Positions 63,026 through 64,000 of a stretch of 64,000 nucleotides of DNA are shown one piece after another. The stretch comes from an uncultured Oscillospiraceae bacterium (GTDB lineage: Bacteria; Bacillota; Clostridia; Oscillospirales; Ruminococcaceae). A program made the position numbers and the translations under genes. Position 1 is the first letter of the stretch. Each line of letters opens with the position of its first letter. The stretch spans positions 52,531-116,530 of the forward strand of contig CAYMNV010000002.1 in assembly GCA_964391915.1 (NCBI GenBank), written 5' to 3'. The notes beneath the pieces are model-generated. The model did no database searches, was not told the origin of the DNA, and saw only the letters and a program-made list of their open reading frames with translations.

Positions 63026-64000
63026 ATGGAGGAATCCCCCGAACTGAAAGAAAGACTTGAGAAACTGGCGCTGCTTCAAAAGCAGATCTTCGCCTACAAA
63101 TACGCCTGCTCCTCCATTGAGCTGGACAGCGTCACCGTCGCGCCGCCGGAGACGGAGGAGGGCCGCTCCGAGGCACTGGGCATCCTTTCCGGATTCCAGT
63201 ACCTGCTCTCGACCTGCCCGGAGACAGTCGAACTGCTGGAATGGCTCCGCGCCAACAAGGAACAGCTGACCGTCCATCAGGCGAGGGAAGTGGAGCTGCT
63301 TCTCCGCGACCGGGACTATGTCGGGAGCATCCCGCAGGAGGAGTTCGTCGCGTACCAGAGGACACTCTCCAAGGCCGAGGCCGTCTGGCACAGGGCGAAG
63401 CCGGCAAACGATTTTGCCATGTTTAAGCCCTATCTTGAGAAGATTTTCGACGCCAACATCCGGTTTGCAAAATACTACAAGCCGAATCAGGCTCCCTACG
63501 ACACGCAGCTCGATCTCTATGAGCGCGGCCTCACGATGGAGAAGGCGGATCGCTTTTTTGCGGTTCTGCGGGAGGGCATCGTCCCGCTGATTCAAAAGAT
63601 CGCAAAGGCGCCGCAGATCGACGACTCGCCGCTTCACGGAAAGTATCCGGTCGAGAAGCAGAAGCAGCTCACGAAATACCTGATGGATTTCATGGGCATC
63701 GACCCCAGGCACTGCAACTGCGGCGAGACGGAGCATCCCTTCACGCTGGAGTTTTCCAATGAGGATGTCCGCATCACGACGCATTATTACGAGGACAACG
63801 TGACCTCCTCGATGTATTCCGTCATTCACGAGGGCGGGCATGCGCTTTACGAGCTCGGCGGCTCGGATGAGCACCGCTATACGGCGGTGGCCGGCGGGGT
63901 TTCGATGGGCATTCACGAGAGCCAGTCCCGTTTCTTTGAAAACATCATCGGCCGCAGCGAGCCGTTCATCACCGCGATTCTGCCGAAGCTCCGGGAGCTC
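63026..64000 (+). CDS. M32-family carboxypeptidase (Taq-like), 3'-partial
   Basis: Not in the track because it runs off the window with no stop. AAAGGAG lies 8 nt before ATG 63026, then 325 open codons. My translation contains EHPFT and the zinc site HEGGHALYE, typical of M32. Confidence 0.8.
   Translation, partial: MEESPELKERLEKLALLQKQIFAYKYACSSIELDSVTVAPPETEEGRSEALGILSGFQYLLSTCPETVELLEWLRANKEQLTVHQAREVELLLRDRDYVGSIPQEEFVAYQRTLSKAEAVWHRAKPANDFAMFKPYLEKIFDANIRFAKYYKPNQAPYDTQLDLYERGLTMEKADRFFAVLREGIVPLIQKIAKAPQIDDSPLHGKYPVEKQKQLTKYLMDFMGIDPRHCNCGETEHPFTLEFSNEDVRITTHYYEDNVTSSMYSVIHEGGHALYELGGSDEHRYTAVAGGVSMGIHESQSRFFENIIGRSEPFITAILPKLREL

Overview
Chromosomal window from what looks like a high-G+C, endospore-forming member of the Clostridia. 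The taxon is an inference from an alpha/beta-type SASP gene, spoIIR, and Firmicute-style RBS and terminators. I call about 50 convincing protein genes, 2 tRNAs and 1 lysine riboswitch. Most content is core: corA, class II RNR nrdJ, a PerR-like/Hrb/rubrerythrin operon, ppsA, a serC-serA-DUF1015 operon and putP. It also includes two polar amino-acid ABC transporters (the second behind an L-box), a B12-binding radical SAM protein, an Sfp-type PPTase, rlmI, miaB, ylbF-deoC, hppA, spoIIR, ispE, purB, purA and a 3'-partial M32 carboxypeptidase. Two regions look accessory. (i) About 9.5 kb immediately 3' of tRNA-Thr/tRNA-Tyr starts with a tyrosine-recombinase remnant. It carries a LytS-type kinase, a REC-wHTH regulator and a four-gene envelope-protein operon (GLUG protein, two small proteins, a ~1116-aa Gly-rich/B-repeat protein). 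These genes are tied together by two unnamed shared domains and a direct-repeat promoter. (ii) A WYL regulator behind an AT-rich pocket lies convergent with an EndoA/MazF toxin that has no recognisable antitoxin. Two real genes are absent from the ORF track: a 59-aa SASP and the end-truncated peptidase. Many long track ORFs are antisense shadows typical of GC-rich DNA and were not called. All homology statements are by-eye motif recognition; no searches were run.
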